Shown here: piece by piece, positions 11,185-20,556 of the stretch | How positions within the stretch are numbered: position 1 is the first letter of the stretch | Layout: every line of letters starts with the position of its first letter | The notes under the pieces: model-generated | What the model was told of the DNA's origin: nothing | The model's input: the letters and a program-made list of their open reading frames with translations, nothing else | The model's database searches: none | Assembly (NCBI GenBank): GCA_964406495.1 | Contig: CAYOSB010000005.1 | Span: forward strand, 1 to 47,939 | Direction of reading: 5' to 3' | DNA: 47,939 nt | Source of the DNA: an uncultured Bacteroidaceae bacterium | GTDB lineage: Bacteria; Bacteroidota; Bacteroidia; Bacteroidales; GCA-2748055 | Made by a program: the position numbers and the translations under genes

Positions 11185-14100
11185 ATGGGTAATACAGCAA
11201 TAATGAATTCTTATTTAACAACCATATTATTCCAGGCGGGCATTAAATCATTGAATTATGCATCAAGTATGAAAGACAGCTTCAAAATGATAAAAAATCT
11301 ATCGATTATACTACTGCTCGCATTGAACAGCATTTCTCAGGCACAACAAGGAGGATTTATGTTAAATGGGAAGATACTGGGTGATAATCAACAGCCACAG
11401 GAGGGGGTTTCAGTGAGTATTGACGGCGTATCAGGGGAGCCTGCCATTTCAAAGAAGGATGGATCATTTGTGCTGCAGGTTCCTTCAGGTGAGGTTTGGC
11501 TTCTCATCAACCCGGTAAATGAGTATCAACAGAAAACCATATTCCTGAATAATCGTAAGGATCTCATAGTTCAGCTGACTCCCCTGGATATTAGTTCCGG
11601 ACACGAAGAGATAAGTATGCTTATGGGAGCAAAAGACAGGAGGAACATCATTTCCTCGTTTAACACCCTTAATCCACAAAAACTTCATCAATTACCTTAC
11701 CAGACCATTGATCAGTATTTCCAGGGTTCGGTCTCCGGTATGCATGTCACAGGTCATTCAGGTATGCCCGGTACTGCTACCGTTAGTTATTTGCACGGGA
11801 TTAAGTCCATGAATACCAATAATCAGCCTTTGTACATCATTGATGGTATGCCACTGGAAACATTCGGCATTTTCAGCTCTAATATTAACGGTTTTATTTA
11901 TAATCCACTTACCAGCATTGAACCACTTGATATTTCAAATATCACTGTGCTAAAAGATAATTATGCTACCGCATTGTATGGCATGAGGGGGTCAAATGGA
12001 GTCGTGATTATTGAAACCTTGAAGCCAACCGAATTAAGAACCACCATTGAGTTTTCGACAAAAACAGGAATCAACTTCGCACCGAAAGATCATATTCCCC
12101 AGATGAATGCCATCCAGCATGCCAATTATGCAAATGAGGTACTGCTGAGTTCTACCTTACAGGAAGAAGATTTCCCGGATATATATCCCGGTTTAGCCAT
12201 GGAAAAAAGTGATGAAAATTACCACAGGTTCAAGCATAACACCAACTGGCAAAATGAAGTATTTGAAAATGGCATATTGAACGATGTTTTTCTTAAAATC
12301 AAAGGGGGGGATGAAATTGCCCGCTACGGTTTGTCAGTCGGCTACCTTTCTCAAGATGGAGTAGTTAAAAATACAAATTATAACAGATTTAATATCAGGC
12401 TGGTAGGTACATTTAATATATTCCAGTGGCTACGTATGTATATAAGTTCACATCTGAATATAAACTCCTCCATGTTAAAGGAATCAGCCATTTCCCAACA
12501 AACCAGCCCTATCCTGACAAGTTTATATAAACCCCCCATGATGCATCCTCAAAAATTTAATAAGGAGGGGCAAATACTGCCTGTGCTGGATGATGTGAGT
12601 GCATTTGGAATAAGTAATCCTGCCGCGGTAATACAGAATTTTGAAGGCAACAGCAAAAATAATCATTCTTTGAATTCTATCCGGCTGGAAGGTGATATTT
12701 CTGATTATTTTAAACTCAATGCCCTGTTTGGAATTAATCTGAACACCATGAGTGAAGAAATTTTCCTGCCGGATTATGGCATGGCCCTTTATTATAATGG
12801 AACCGCCTACAATGTATCCAAGAATACGAAAAATTTTCTTTATTCGATGTATAGCGACAATTTTGTATCGTATATTCCTGATCTCGGGAGCCTGCACAAA
12901 TTTAAGGTTCATCTTGGATTCAGGTTAAATACGAATCGATTTGAAGAAGACATTGGAATAGCAAAGAATTCTAATAGTGATGAATATAAATCTCTACAAA
13001 GTGGTGTATCCTACCTGAAAGAGATTAATGGCGCCACAAATCGCTGGAACAGGTTAGCGGTTTATACCAATTTACATTATATTTTAAAAGACAGGTATTT
13101 ATTCAATGCTGCCTACAATCTGGAGAATTCAACCAGACTGGGTAACAATACCGGTATGCTCTCCGTCGGGAATGTACCTTTTGCTTCATTTTACTCCCTT
13201 GGCGCGGGATGGCGCTTGTCTTCCGAAGATATCATGAGAGACATTTACTGGCTTGAAGAATTAAAACTTCGGGGTAGCTATACCCTCTCAGGAAACGATG
13301 ACATTGGAAATCTAAGCGCACTGAATTATTACATGGTAGACCATTACCGCGAATCTGCTTCAATGGTTCCGGGCACCCTTACTGATGGTTCGTTGCGTCA
13401 TGAATCCTATTCAAAGCTGAATGCAGGCATCGACCTGGCAATCATGGCCAACCGTATTGGATTTTCGATGGATTATTATAATGTCACAACCAGGAATATG
13501 CTGGTGTATGAACCGCAGTCCTTCTACATCGGATTTCCTACAGTACCCACCAATAATGGTGAATTAAACAACAAGGGAATTGAGTTTTCACTCTTTTCCA
13601 GGTTAATCAACCGCAATAAGTTTAAATGGGATATGCACTTTAATCTTAGTCCCTGGTCAGTCAACGAGGTTCTAGAAATCAGGAACGATCAAATCATAAC
13701 ACCATTTGAGGGTGGTGAATATATTTCAAAAAAAGGAAACGCTTTGCTTGAATTTTATGGCTACCAATTCCAGGGTGTTTATAGTACTACTCAAGAAGCT
13801 CAGGAAGCAAACCTGGTGAATAATAAGGGTTTTCCCTATATGGCCGGTGATGCAAAATTTAAAGACATCTCCGGTCCCGGGGGGATCCCGGATGGGATCA
13901 TTGACGACTTTGACAAGACAAGCCTGGGAACCCCTATACCTGATCTGTTCGGGGGAATGAATACGTATTTTGAATACGGCCGCTGGTCAATGAATATCAA
14001 TCTGCAATTTGTTTCAGGAAATGAAGTATTCAATTACCTGAGGTATCAAAATGAAAAAATGTCGGACATTTCCAACCAAAGCATTACCACGCTTAACCGC

Positions 14101-14427
14101 TGGCAGTATGAAGGTCATGACACTAATGTACCCAGGGCATTATGGGCTGATCCGATTGGAAACTCCCACTTCTCAAGCAGGTGGATTGAAGATGGTTCAT
14201 ATATACGCCTGAAAAACCTGACAATTGCTTATACCATACCTGATGAATTTTTTGTATTCAACAACATGAGTATATACCTGACGGGGACCAACCTGTTCAC
14301 CTATTCCAAATACCTGGGTTACGATCCGGAATTCAGTTATTCATTCAATGCCATGGAACAGGGAATCGACTTTGGACTTTTACCGGTCACCCGGAAAATC
14401 TTAATCGGTCTGAAGGTTGGATTATAA
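11185..14427 (+). CDS. susC: Second SusC/RagA family TonB-dependent transporter (true start probably a later Met)
   Basis: SQA|QQ signal; NQPLYIIDG, DISNITVLKD..ALYGMRGSNGVVII, SSRWIEDGSYIRLKN, YLGYDPE. Confidence 0.93.
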   Translation: MGNTAIMNSYLTTILFQAGIKSLNYASSMKDSFKMIKNLSIILLLALNSISQAQQGGFMLNGKILGDNQQPQEGVSVSIDGVSGEPAISKKDGSFVLQVPSGEVWLLINPVNEYQQKTIFLNNRKDLIVQLTPLDISSGHEEISMLMGAKDRRNIISSFNTLNPQKLHQLPYQTIDQYFQGSVSGMHVTGHSGMPGTATVSYLHGIKSMNTNNQPLYIIDGMPLETFGIFSSNINGFIYNPLTSIEPLDISNITVLKDNYATALYGMRGSNGVVIIETLKPTELRTTIEFSTKTGINFAPKDHIPQMNAIQHANYANEVLLSSTLQEEDFPDIYPGLAMEKSDENYHRFKHNTNWQNEVFENGILNDVFLKIKGGDEIARYGLSVGYLSQDGVVKNTNYNRFNIRLVGTFNIFQWLRMYISSHLNINSSMLKESAISQQTSPILTSLYKPPMMHPQKFNKEGQILPVLDDVSAFGISNPAAVIQNFEGNSKNNHSLNSIRLEGDISDYFKLNALFGINLNTMSEEIFLPDYGMALYYNGTAYNVSKNTKNFLYSMYSDNFVSYIPDLGSLHKFKVHLGFRLNTNRFEEDIGIAKNSNSDEYKSLQSGVSYLKEINGATNRWNRLAVYTNLHYILKDRYLFNAAYNLENSTRLGNNTGMLSVGNVPFASFYSLGAGWRLSSEDIMRDIYWLEELKLRGSYTLSGNDDIGNLSALNYYMVDHYRESASMVPGTLTDGSLRHESYSKLNAGIDLAIMANRIGFSMDYYNVTTRNMLVYEPQSFYIGFPTVPTNNGELNNKGIEFSLFSRLINRNKFKWDMHFNLSPWSVNEVLEIRNDQIITPFEGGEYISKKGNALLEFYGYQFQGVYSTTQEAQEANLVNNKGFPYMAGDAKFKDISGPGGIPDGIIDDFDKTSLGTPIPDLFGGMNTYFEYGRWSMNINLQFVSGNEVFNYLRYQNEKMSDISNQSITTLNRWQYEGHDTNVPRALWADPIGNSHFSSRWIEDGSYIRLKNLTIAYTIPDEFFVFNNMSIYLTGTNLFTYSKYLGYDPEFSYSFNAMEQGIDFGLLPVTRKILIGLKVGL

Positions 14428-14447
14428 GAGGATTACAAATAATAGAA

Positions 14448-16355
14448 ATGAAGGAAATTGAATTAAACAATACATCTATGATTAATAAAATTCACAAGAT
14501 ATTGCTCGTTTTTATTATCGGAGTTATGGCTGTATTCACTTCCTGCGAAGATTTTTTCCATCCCGAACAAGAACTGGTTAGGGATAAAGACGATTTTTTC
14601 CAGTCCTGGCATGAATACAGGGCCGCTGAAATGGGTCTTTATTCCATCCAGCAGGATTTGGTGGAACAATTGGTCATACTCGGTGAACTAAGGGCAGATC
14701 TCTTGAAAATAACAGAAAATGCAGATCGGGATTTAATTGAGGTATATAATTTTGAGGTTTCCAAAACCAATAAATATGCTTCCCCTATAAACTTTTACCG
14801 TTTGATCGGGGCTTGCAACAGTCTGAAATCACAATTAGAAAAAGAACAACCTGAGGTCCTGGACAAAAATGAAGAACCAACACGGTATGACAGGATGTAT
14901 GGTGAAGTATTATGCATGCGCGCCTGGGCCTATTTTAATGCAGTCAGGATTTTCAGGAAGGTCCCTTACATCCATTCATCACTGACCAGTGTAGATGAAA
15001 TTGAAAATTACGTGAATTCAACCCATGAATACAAAGACAGTGTGCATATTATATATGGTCAGGATGGATATCATAACGATACCATCAGGGATACCACCAT
15101 CGTTCTTCAAAAATCTTATCTCGAAATGAACGCGGTCATCGATACTTTTACTTATGAACTGGAAAACAAAGTGAAGGCCGTAGGGGTAATCCACAATAAA
15201 GATTTTGATGACCAGTCATGGGACGTAACCATATGGAATTATTACGCAATGCAATCCCTGCTGGGGCAGATGTACCTCTACAATCAAAACTATGACAAGG
15301 CACTGCAGTATTTCCAGCCCATTATGTATAATTATGAATCCAGTACCAATGATATTAGATTTGGTATCGATGATAAGTTTCAGCGTAATGCCTGGAAAAA
15401 TATTCTTACCACCATTGATCCCTTCGAGCATATTTATACCATGTGGTTTGATAAATCTTATCAGCAAACCCATGAGCTGCAGACCATGTTTTCCATGATC
15501 TTTCCCAACAAGCACATGTTGAAACCAACGAAAAAAGCTATAGAAAACTGGGAAAGCGTTTGGGATGGAATGAGATTGGACAGGAATAATCAGCAACCGG
15601 AAAAAACAAAGCTTGCCATAAATAATAATACCAATAAGCCCATCAGGGGTACGCCTGGTGATTTCTACAGGGGTTATGGCGTGTCTTATGGCTACATTAA
15701 AGATGGAGAACTGATTAAAAGAGAAGATATCGAGGAAATGCTGGAGAATAAAGCTGAAATGAATTACAGGGTAGTGGATAATATTATGCAGGGTGCAGAT
15801 ACTGTGGTTTACAAGTACACCATCGCCAAGCAGGAATATGACAATGACGCTAACTTTATGATTTACAGGGCTGCCGGGATTCATTTTTATTTTGCCGAGA
15901 TCCAGGTCTGGCGGGTATTTTTTGAAGAAGGCAGGGAAAAAAGAAGTATCCCTACCAGTCTTCAGGTAATCAATGACGGAACCTATCAAAATGATCTGAA
16001 TCAATTGGGAATCAGGGGACGCGTTGGACTAAGTGATGGTGATGAAGCCTTGTATGTTGGGGATGTGGTATATCAGCACGATCCGGCCACCAACAAGGTT
16101 ATCGGGTATGAAGAATTGAAAACCCTGGAGCAAAAGCAATTGTACCTGGAGGATATCATACTGGAAGAAAAAGCCAGGGAGATGGCATACGAGGGCGAAC
16201 GGTTTTACGATATCATGCGGGCCGCTAAACGTAGAGGCGATCCTTCTTATCTGGCTGAAAAAGTGGCTTCTAAATTTAGCGGGACTAAAAAAGAAGCAAT
16301 CTATCAAAAACTATTAAATGAGAATAACTGGTATATCTCTCTATTTGAAGAATAG
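14448..16355 (+). CDS. susD: Second SusD/RagB family lipoprotein
   Basis: FTSC-EDF lipobox; GELRADL, RAWAYFNAVRIFRKVPY, EKAREMAYEGERFYDIMR. Confidence 0.9.
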   Translation: MKEIELNNTSMINKIHKILLVFIIGVMAVFTSCEDFFHPEQELVRDKDDFFQSWHEYRAAEMGLYSIQQDLVEQLVILGELRADLLKITENADRDLIEVYNFEVSKTNKYASPINFYRLIGACNSLKSQLEKEQPEVLDKNEEPTRYDRMYGEVLCMRAWAYFNAVRIFRKVPYIHSSLTSVDEIENYVNSTHEYKDSVHIIYGQDGYHNDTIRDTTIVLQKSYLEMNAVIDTFTYELENKVKAVGVIHNKDFDDQSWDVTIWNYYAMQSLLGQMYLYNQNYDKALQYFQPIMYNYESSTNDIRFGIDDKFQRNAWKNILTTIDPFEHIYTMWFDKSYQQTHELQTMFSMIFPNKHMLKPTKKAIENWESVWDGMRLDRNNQQPEKTKLAINNNTNKPIRGTPGDFYRGYGVSYGYIKDGELIKREDIEEMLENKAEMNYRVVDNIMQGADTVVYKYTIAKQEYDNDANFMIYRAAGIHFYFAEIQVWRVFFEEGREKRSIPTSLQVINDGTYQNDLNQLGIRGRVGLSDGDEALYVGDVVYQHDPATNKVIGYEELKTLEQKQLYLEDIILEEKAREMAYEGERFYDIMRAAKRRGDPSYLAEKVASKFSGTKKEAIYQKLLNENNWYISLFEE

Positions 16356-16425
16356 AAAACCAATTATTTTAATTACTGTAAGTATAAGATAACTAATTAC
16401 TTTCTTTAATATTAACTAAAAATGA

Positions 16426-19400
16426 ATGATTATGAAAATGAAAAAAAATTTACCCATTTTTAACCTGACTGATCAACTGAAATACATTATCGGATTACTG
16501 CTTGTTTTTATTTCAGTCAATGCTTTCAGCCAAAGCACCTATCACATCGATCCGGGCGCGACCAGTAATGGAGACGGGACGATGGCAAGTCCGTATGATG
16601 GCTGGGACAAGGTATTTCCAATGGAAGAAGGTGCTGTTTACCTGCAGAAGGCCGGAACTATCTGGATGGATTCTCTGGGCATTGAAGCAGATGGAGTTAC
16701 CATAGGATCTTATGGAACTGCAACCGAACCCGCCAAAATTATTGCAACAGGAAAAGATGCGATAAGCAATTTTGGTGATACTGCGAAAAATGTTACCATC
16801 AAAGACCTTTGGATTACCGCTGAAGGTAGTGGCAAAGGAATCTATTGGTTAAATTCTTCCGGTTTAACCGTTGAAAACGTAGAAATTGACAGTACTGACG
16901 GATTCGGTATTCATATTGACGGTGTAGATAACTTCGTGGTAAGAAACTCACATATCCATCACAATGACAGACCTTTCATGGTGTACAACAGTGACAACTG
17001 GTTGGTGGAATACTGTGATATTCATGATGGAGTTGGCCGCGGAGGGTTCCAGACCAATAATACCAATGGTGGTATGTTCAGGTACAACCGTGTGCATGAT
17101 GATCCCAACAATAAATATTTATTGTTTACGGAAGGAAACGATACCTACGCGTACAATATTATTTATAACAGTGGAAAGGCTGCTGCGCAGGTAACCAATG
17201 GCAACAGTTCCTTTATCGGGAATATTTTCGATAATACCAGTTATGGATTGAGAATAAAATCCGGTACCGGCACCATTGTTAAAAACAACATCTTCTCTAA
17301 TCTTGCTAATCGGGGATACTGGATTGACGGTGCAAAACCCACTGAATCGGATTACAACATGTTCTATAATGTAAAAGGAGCGTACCTTGATGGTTCCAAT
17401 TACACCCTTGAAGAATGGCAGGCTGTTGATGGACAAACCCTTGATTTGAACAGTATCAATGGCGACCCGAATTACGTGGACGTGGATAATTATAATTTCG
17501 AACCGACTGACAGTTCTGCTTCCATCGATGCAGGTATGGCACTGGCCGATGAATTTAATATGGGATTGAAAGTGGGCTCAAGCTGGCCAGATGCTGTGGA
17601 AACAGTGAACCAGGTTTATAACGGTGAGACTTGGGATATCGGGGCATACGTATTCCCCAACCCTATTTACTATGTAGATCCATCCCTGGCAATCAACGGT
17701 GACGGCACAAAAGCCAGTCCTTACAACAGCTGGGCAAATGTAGACTGGGCCACCGGCGGAACCTACCTGCAGAAACGCGGTACCGTTTCCAATGATACCA
17801 TCGGTATTAGTGTGGATAACGTAACTATCGGATCTTATGGTCCCGAAGGTGACACAGCCAAAATCATAGTGGACGGCAAAAATGCCATCAGTAACCTGGA
17901 GGATACCGCGAAAAATGTAACCATCAAAGATCTGTACATTTCTACCACTACCAGTGGTATAGGTATCAACTGGGAAAATGCACCAAACTTAACTATTCAG
18001 AATGTTACCGTTGCATATACCGCAGGATTTGGAATTATGATTGACGGGGTGGATCATCTGCTTGCCCAGGGCAACCATGTACACCATAACGATCGTCCTT
18101 TCCTTGTATATAATAGCGATAACTGGGTGGTTGAGAATAATTCCATTCATGACGGTATCAACCGGGGTGGATTCCAGACAAATAACACAAATGGTGGTTT
18201 GTTCCGTTATAACTATGTGTATAATGATATAAACCAGAACTATTTGCTGTTTGTAGAAGGGAACGATACATATATGTACAACGTGTTTTACAACTCAGAG
18301 AAAGCTGGAGCATTTGTCTTACCTGGTTCAAGTAGTATATTTATTGGCAATACCTTTGACAATACCAAGTATGCTTTCAGAAACCGATCAGCCAACACCA
18401 TCATTAAAAACAGCATCTTTGCTAACATGTCCGAGCGAGCATTAAGATGGGATGGTGCTCAGGCTGCAGAATCTGATTATAACCTGTTTTATAATTACAA
18501 TAAAGGCGCTTATCTGGATGAAAACCTTCAGACATGGAGTCTTGCTGAATGGCAGGCGTTAGAAGGACAAACCCTTGATCTCAATAGTATAGAAGGTGAT
18601 GCCAATTTCGTGGATGCAGCCAATCAAAATTACGAACTCACAGATAGCTCTGCAGCTATTGATGCTGGTGCTGAGCTCGGTGATATGTATAAAATGGCTC
18701 TTGATACCGGAACAGTATGGCCGGCAATGGTAAGAACCATTAACCAGGATGATCAGGGCAACAGTTGGGAAATCGGAGCGTATGCATACCCGACATTTGA
18801 TAAATTCGGAACCCTCACCATTGCTTCGGAAAATGGTACTGTTACACCGGCTGAACGAACCTACCTCATTGGTACTGTCGTTGAATTGACAGCTAAAGGT
18901 GATTTGGGATACGCGTTTGAAAGCTGGAGTGGCGATGTGATCAGCACGGATAACCCGTTATCTGTTAAAGTTGACAGCAATATGAACCTGACGGTCAACT
19001 ATATTACGGTGGATACATATAACGTAACCGCATCAACCCAGAATGCTTCGGTTAATTTCGCTGACAGCACGGTTAATACCGGTACTGAAATTGAACTTTC
19101 CGTGGTGCCGGATTCAGCTTACGCTTTTGTAAACTGGACAGATGCCAGTGGTGATACCATCAGTAGCGAAGCCAGCTTTACACTTACCGTGGATAAGGAT
19201 TACCAGCTTACTGCCAACACGGTCAGACTGTACACTCTGACAGCCGTATTCCCCAAAGGTGGCTCGGTAGTGCCAATGGAGGGTATATATAATGAAGGTA
19301 CGGAAGTTGAAGTGGAAGCTTCTGCTTCATTCGGTTACACATTCACAGGATGGAGCGGTGATGCCTCCGGTATGGATGAGCTAATAACCGTTACCATGGA

Positions 19401-20319
19401 CAGCGACAAGGAAGTGATAGCCAGCTTCAAGGAAGCATATATGCTGACCCTGAATAGCGATAGCCAAAAAGGAACCGTGGATCAGGAAAGCGGATGGTAT
19501 ATTCAGGATACCACGATTACAGTTACGGCATCGGCAAAAGAAGGCTACCAATTCCTGAACTGGATGGGCGGTTCCATTAATTCTACCGATAATCCGCTTG
19601 AGTTAACGCTAAGCGGCAACATGACCATTACTGCGAATTACATTAAGGTTTATAACCTGGATATCACTGCAGAAAACGGTTCGGTGAATTATTCCGATAC
19701 GGTCATCAGGGCTGAGGAAAGGATAGAGCTTATTGCAACACCTGATGAAGGATATGCATTTACAGGATGGACCGGCGATGTAGGTGGCGATCAGGAGTCA
19801 ATGATGGTAACCGTTGATAAAGACATGAACATAACGGCTAATTTCGCTAAATTGAATACCTTAACCGTTACCGTAGAAAATGGCTCGGTGAATATAACAG
19901 ATACTACCGCTGTAGAAGGAACCCAAATTCAGTTAATTGCTACTCCGGATGAAGGATATCAGTTTGACGGATGGACCGGTGATGTGACTGGAGATAATGA
20001 CACGATCATGATTACCCTTGATAGCGACATGAGTATCACGGCTAACTTCACGGAAGCAGTTGGTATCAGCTCATTCGGAATGAATGCAGGAGTAAGTGTG
20101 TACCCGAATCCTGCTACTAACTTCCTGAATATTATGATTGAAGGGAATACCATGAGTTATAAAGCTGAAATCCTGAACAGCGCAGGAGTACGTATCATGA
20201 TTGAAAACATCAGCAGCAATGATGAGCTGAATGTAAGTACCCTGAAAACCGGTGTATATATATTGAGAATTCTTGACGAGAATCAGCTGATTCATCATTC
20301 AAGCATCATAATCGATTAA
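16426..20319 (+). CDS. T9SS-secreted protein A: two tandem right-handed beta-helix modules + 6 InlB-B-like repeats + type A T9SS CTD
   Basis: Signal AFS|Q. Modules at ~16540-17649 and ~17668-18783, each running from Y.DP to W(D/E)IGAY. Repeats with PDEGY.F..W.GD. CTD VYPNPA...LKTGVYILRI. Confidence 0.85.
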   Translation: MIMKMKKNLPIFNLTDQLKYIIGLLLVFISVNAFSQSTYHIDPGATSNGDGTMASPYDGWDKVFPMEEGAVYLQKAGTIWMDSLGIEADGVTIGSYGTATEPAKIIATGKDAISNFGDTAKNVTIKDLWITAEGSGKGIYWLNSSGLTVENVEIDSTDGFGIHIDGVDNFVVRNSHIHHNDRPFMVYNSDNWLVEYCDIHDGVGRGGFQTNNTNGGMFRYNRVHDDPNNKYLLFTEGNDTYAYNIIYNSGKAAAQVTNGNSSFIGNIFDNTSYGLRIKSGTGTIVKNNIFSNLANRGYWIDGAKPTESDYNMFYNVKGAYLDGSNYTLEEWQAVDGQTLDLNSINGDPNYVDVDNYNFEPTDSSASIDAGMALADEFNMGLKVGSSWPDAVETVNQVYNGETWDIGAYVFPNPIYYVDPSLAINGDGTKASPYNSWANVDWATGGTYLQKRGTVSNDTIGISVDNVTIGSYGPEGDTAKIIVDGKNAISNLEDTAKNVTIKDLYISTTTSGIGINWENAPNLTIQNVTVAYTAGFGIMIDGVDHLLAQGNHVHHNDRPFLVYNSDNWVVENNSIHDGINRGGFQTNNTNGGLFRYNYVYNDINQNYLLFVEGNDTYMYNVFYNSEKAGAFVLPGSSSIFIGNTFDNTKYAFRNRSANTIIKNSIFANMSERALRWDGAQAAESDYNLFYNYNKGAYLDENLQTWSLAEWQALEGQTLDLNSIEGDANFVDAANQNYELTDSSAAIDAGAELGDMYKMALDTGTVWPAMVRTINQDDQGNSWEIGAYAYPTFDKFGTLTIASENGTVTPAERTYLIGTVVELTAKGDLGYAFESWSGDVISTDNPLSVKVDSNMNLTVNYITVDTYNVTASTQNASVNFADSTVNTGTEIELSVVPDSAYAFVNWTDASGDTISSEASFTLTVDKDYQLTANTVRLYTLTAVFPKGGSVVPMEGIYNEGTEVEVEASASFGYTFTGWSGDASGMDELITVTMDSDKEVIASFKEAYMLTLNSDSQKGTVDQESGWYIQDTTITVTASAKEGYQFLNWMGGSINSTDNPLELTLSGNMTITANYIKVYNLDITAENGSVNYSDTVIRAEERIELIATPDEGYAFTGWTGDVGGDQESMMVTVDKDMNITANFAKLNTLTVTVENGSVNITDTTAVEGTQIQLIATPDEGYQFDGWTGDVTGDNDTIMITLDSDMSITANFTEAVGISSFGMNAGVSVYPNPATNFLNIMIEGNTMSYKAEILNSAGVRIMIENISSNDELNVSTLKTGVYILRILDENQLIHHSSIIID

Positions 20320-20333
20320 CCCCGGTATTTAAG

Positions 20334-20387
20334 TTGCATTTTTAAAAAGAGGTTGGTCTGCCGGCCATCCTCTTTTTAATGGTGCAA
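20334..20387 (+). terminator. Intrinsic terminator hairpin, possibly bidirectional, after protein A
   Basis: TTAAAAAGAGGTTGGTC-TGCC-GGCCATCCTCTTTTTAA stem-loop with flanking A and T tracts and an outer TTGCA/TGCAA pairing; it begins 15 bp after the stop codon. Confidence 0.85.
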
Positions 20388-20556
20388 TTCATGAGATAGT
20401 GTATACATTAGTAAACGGAAATTTTTGACTTATTTGATAAGACAAGGCACACTCAGGACTTTTAGATCTTGGATCTGTTTAACACTTAAATAATGTTATT
20501 ATCGCCAGGATTTCTGCTTATGAACCCACTGAATTAATGATTAAACAATTAAAAAC

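Noticed and set aside
15216..16004. 262-aa minus-strand ORF, and the many other short alternative or antisense ORFs
   Set aside because: They are shadows of well-supported + strand genes and show no recognisable motifs.
20388..20556. Possible internal promoter before protein B, and a GATA(A)GACAA(A)GG similarity with ~46012
   Set aside because: No exact TAnnTTTG match, and the similarity is short enough to be chance.
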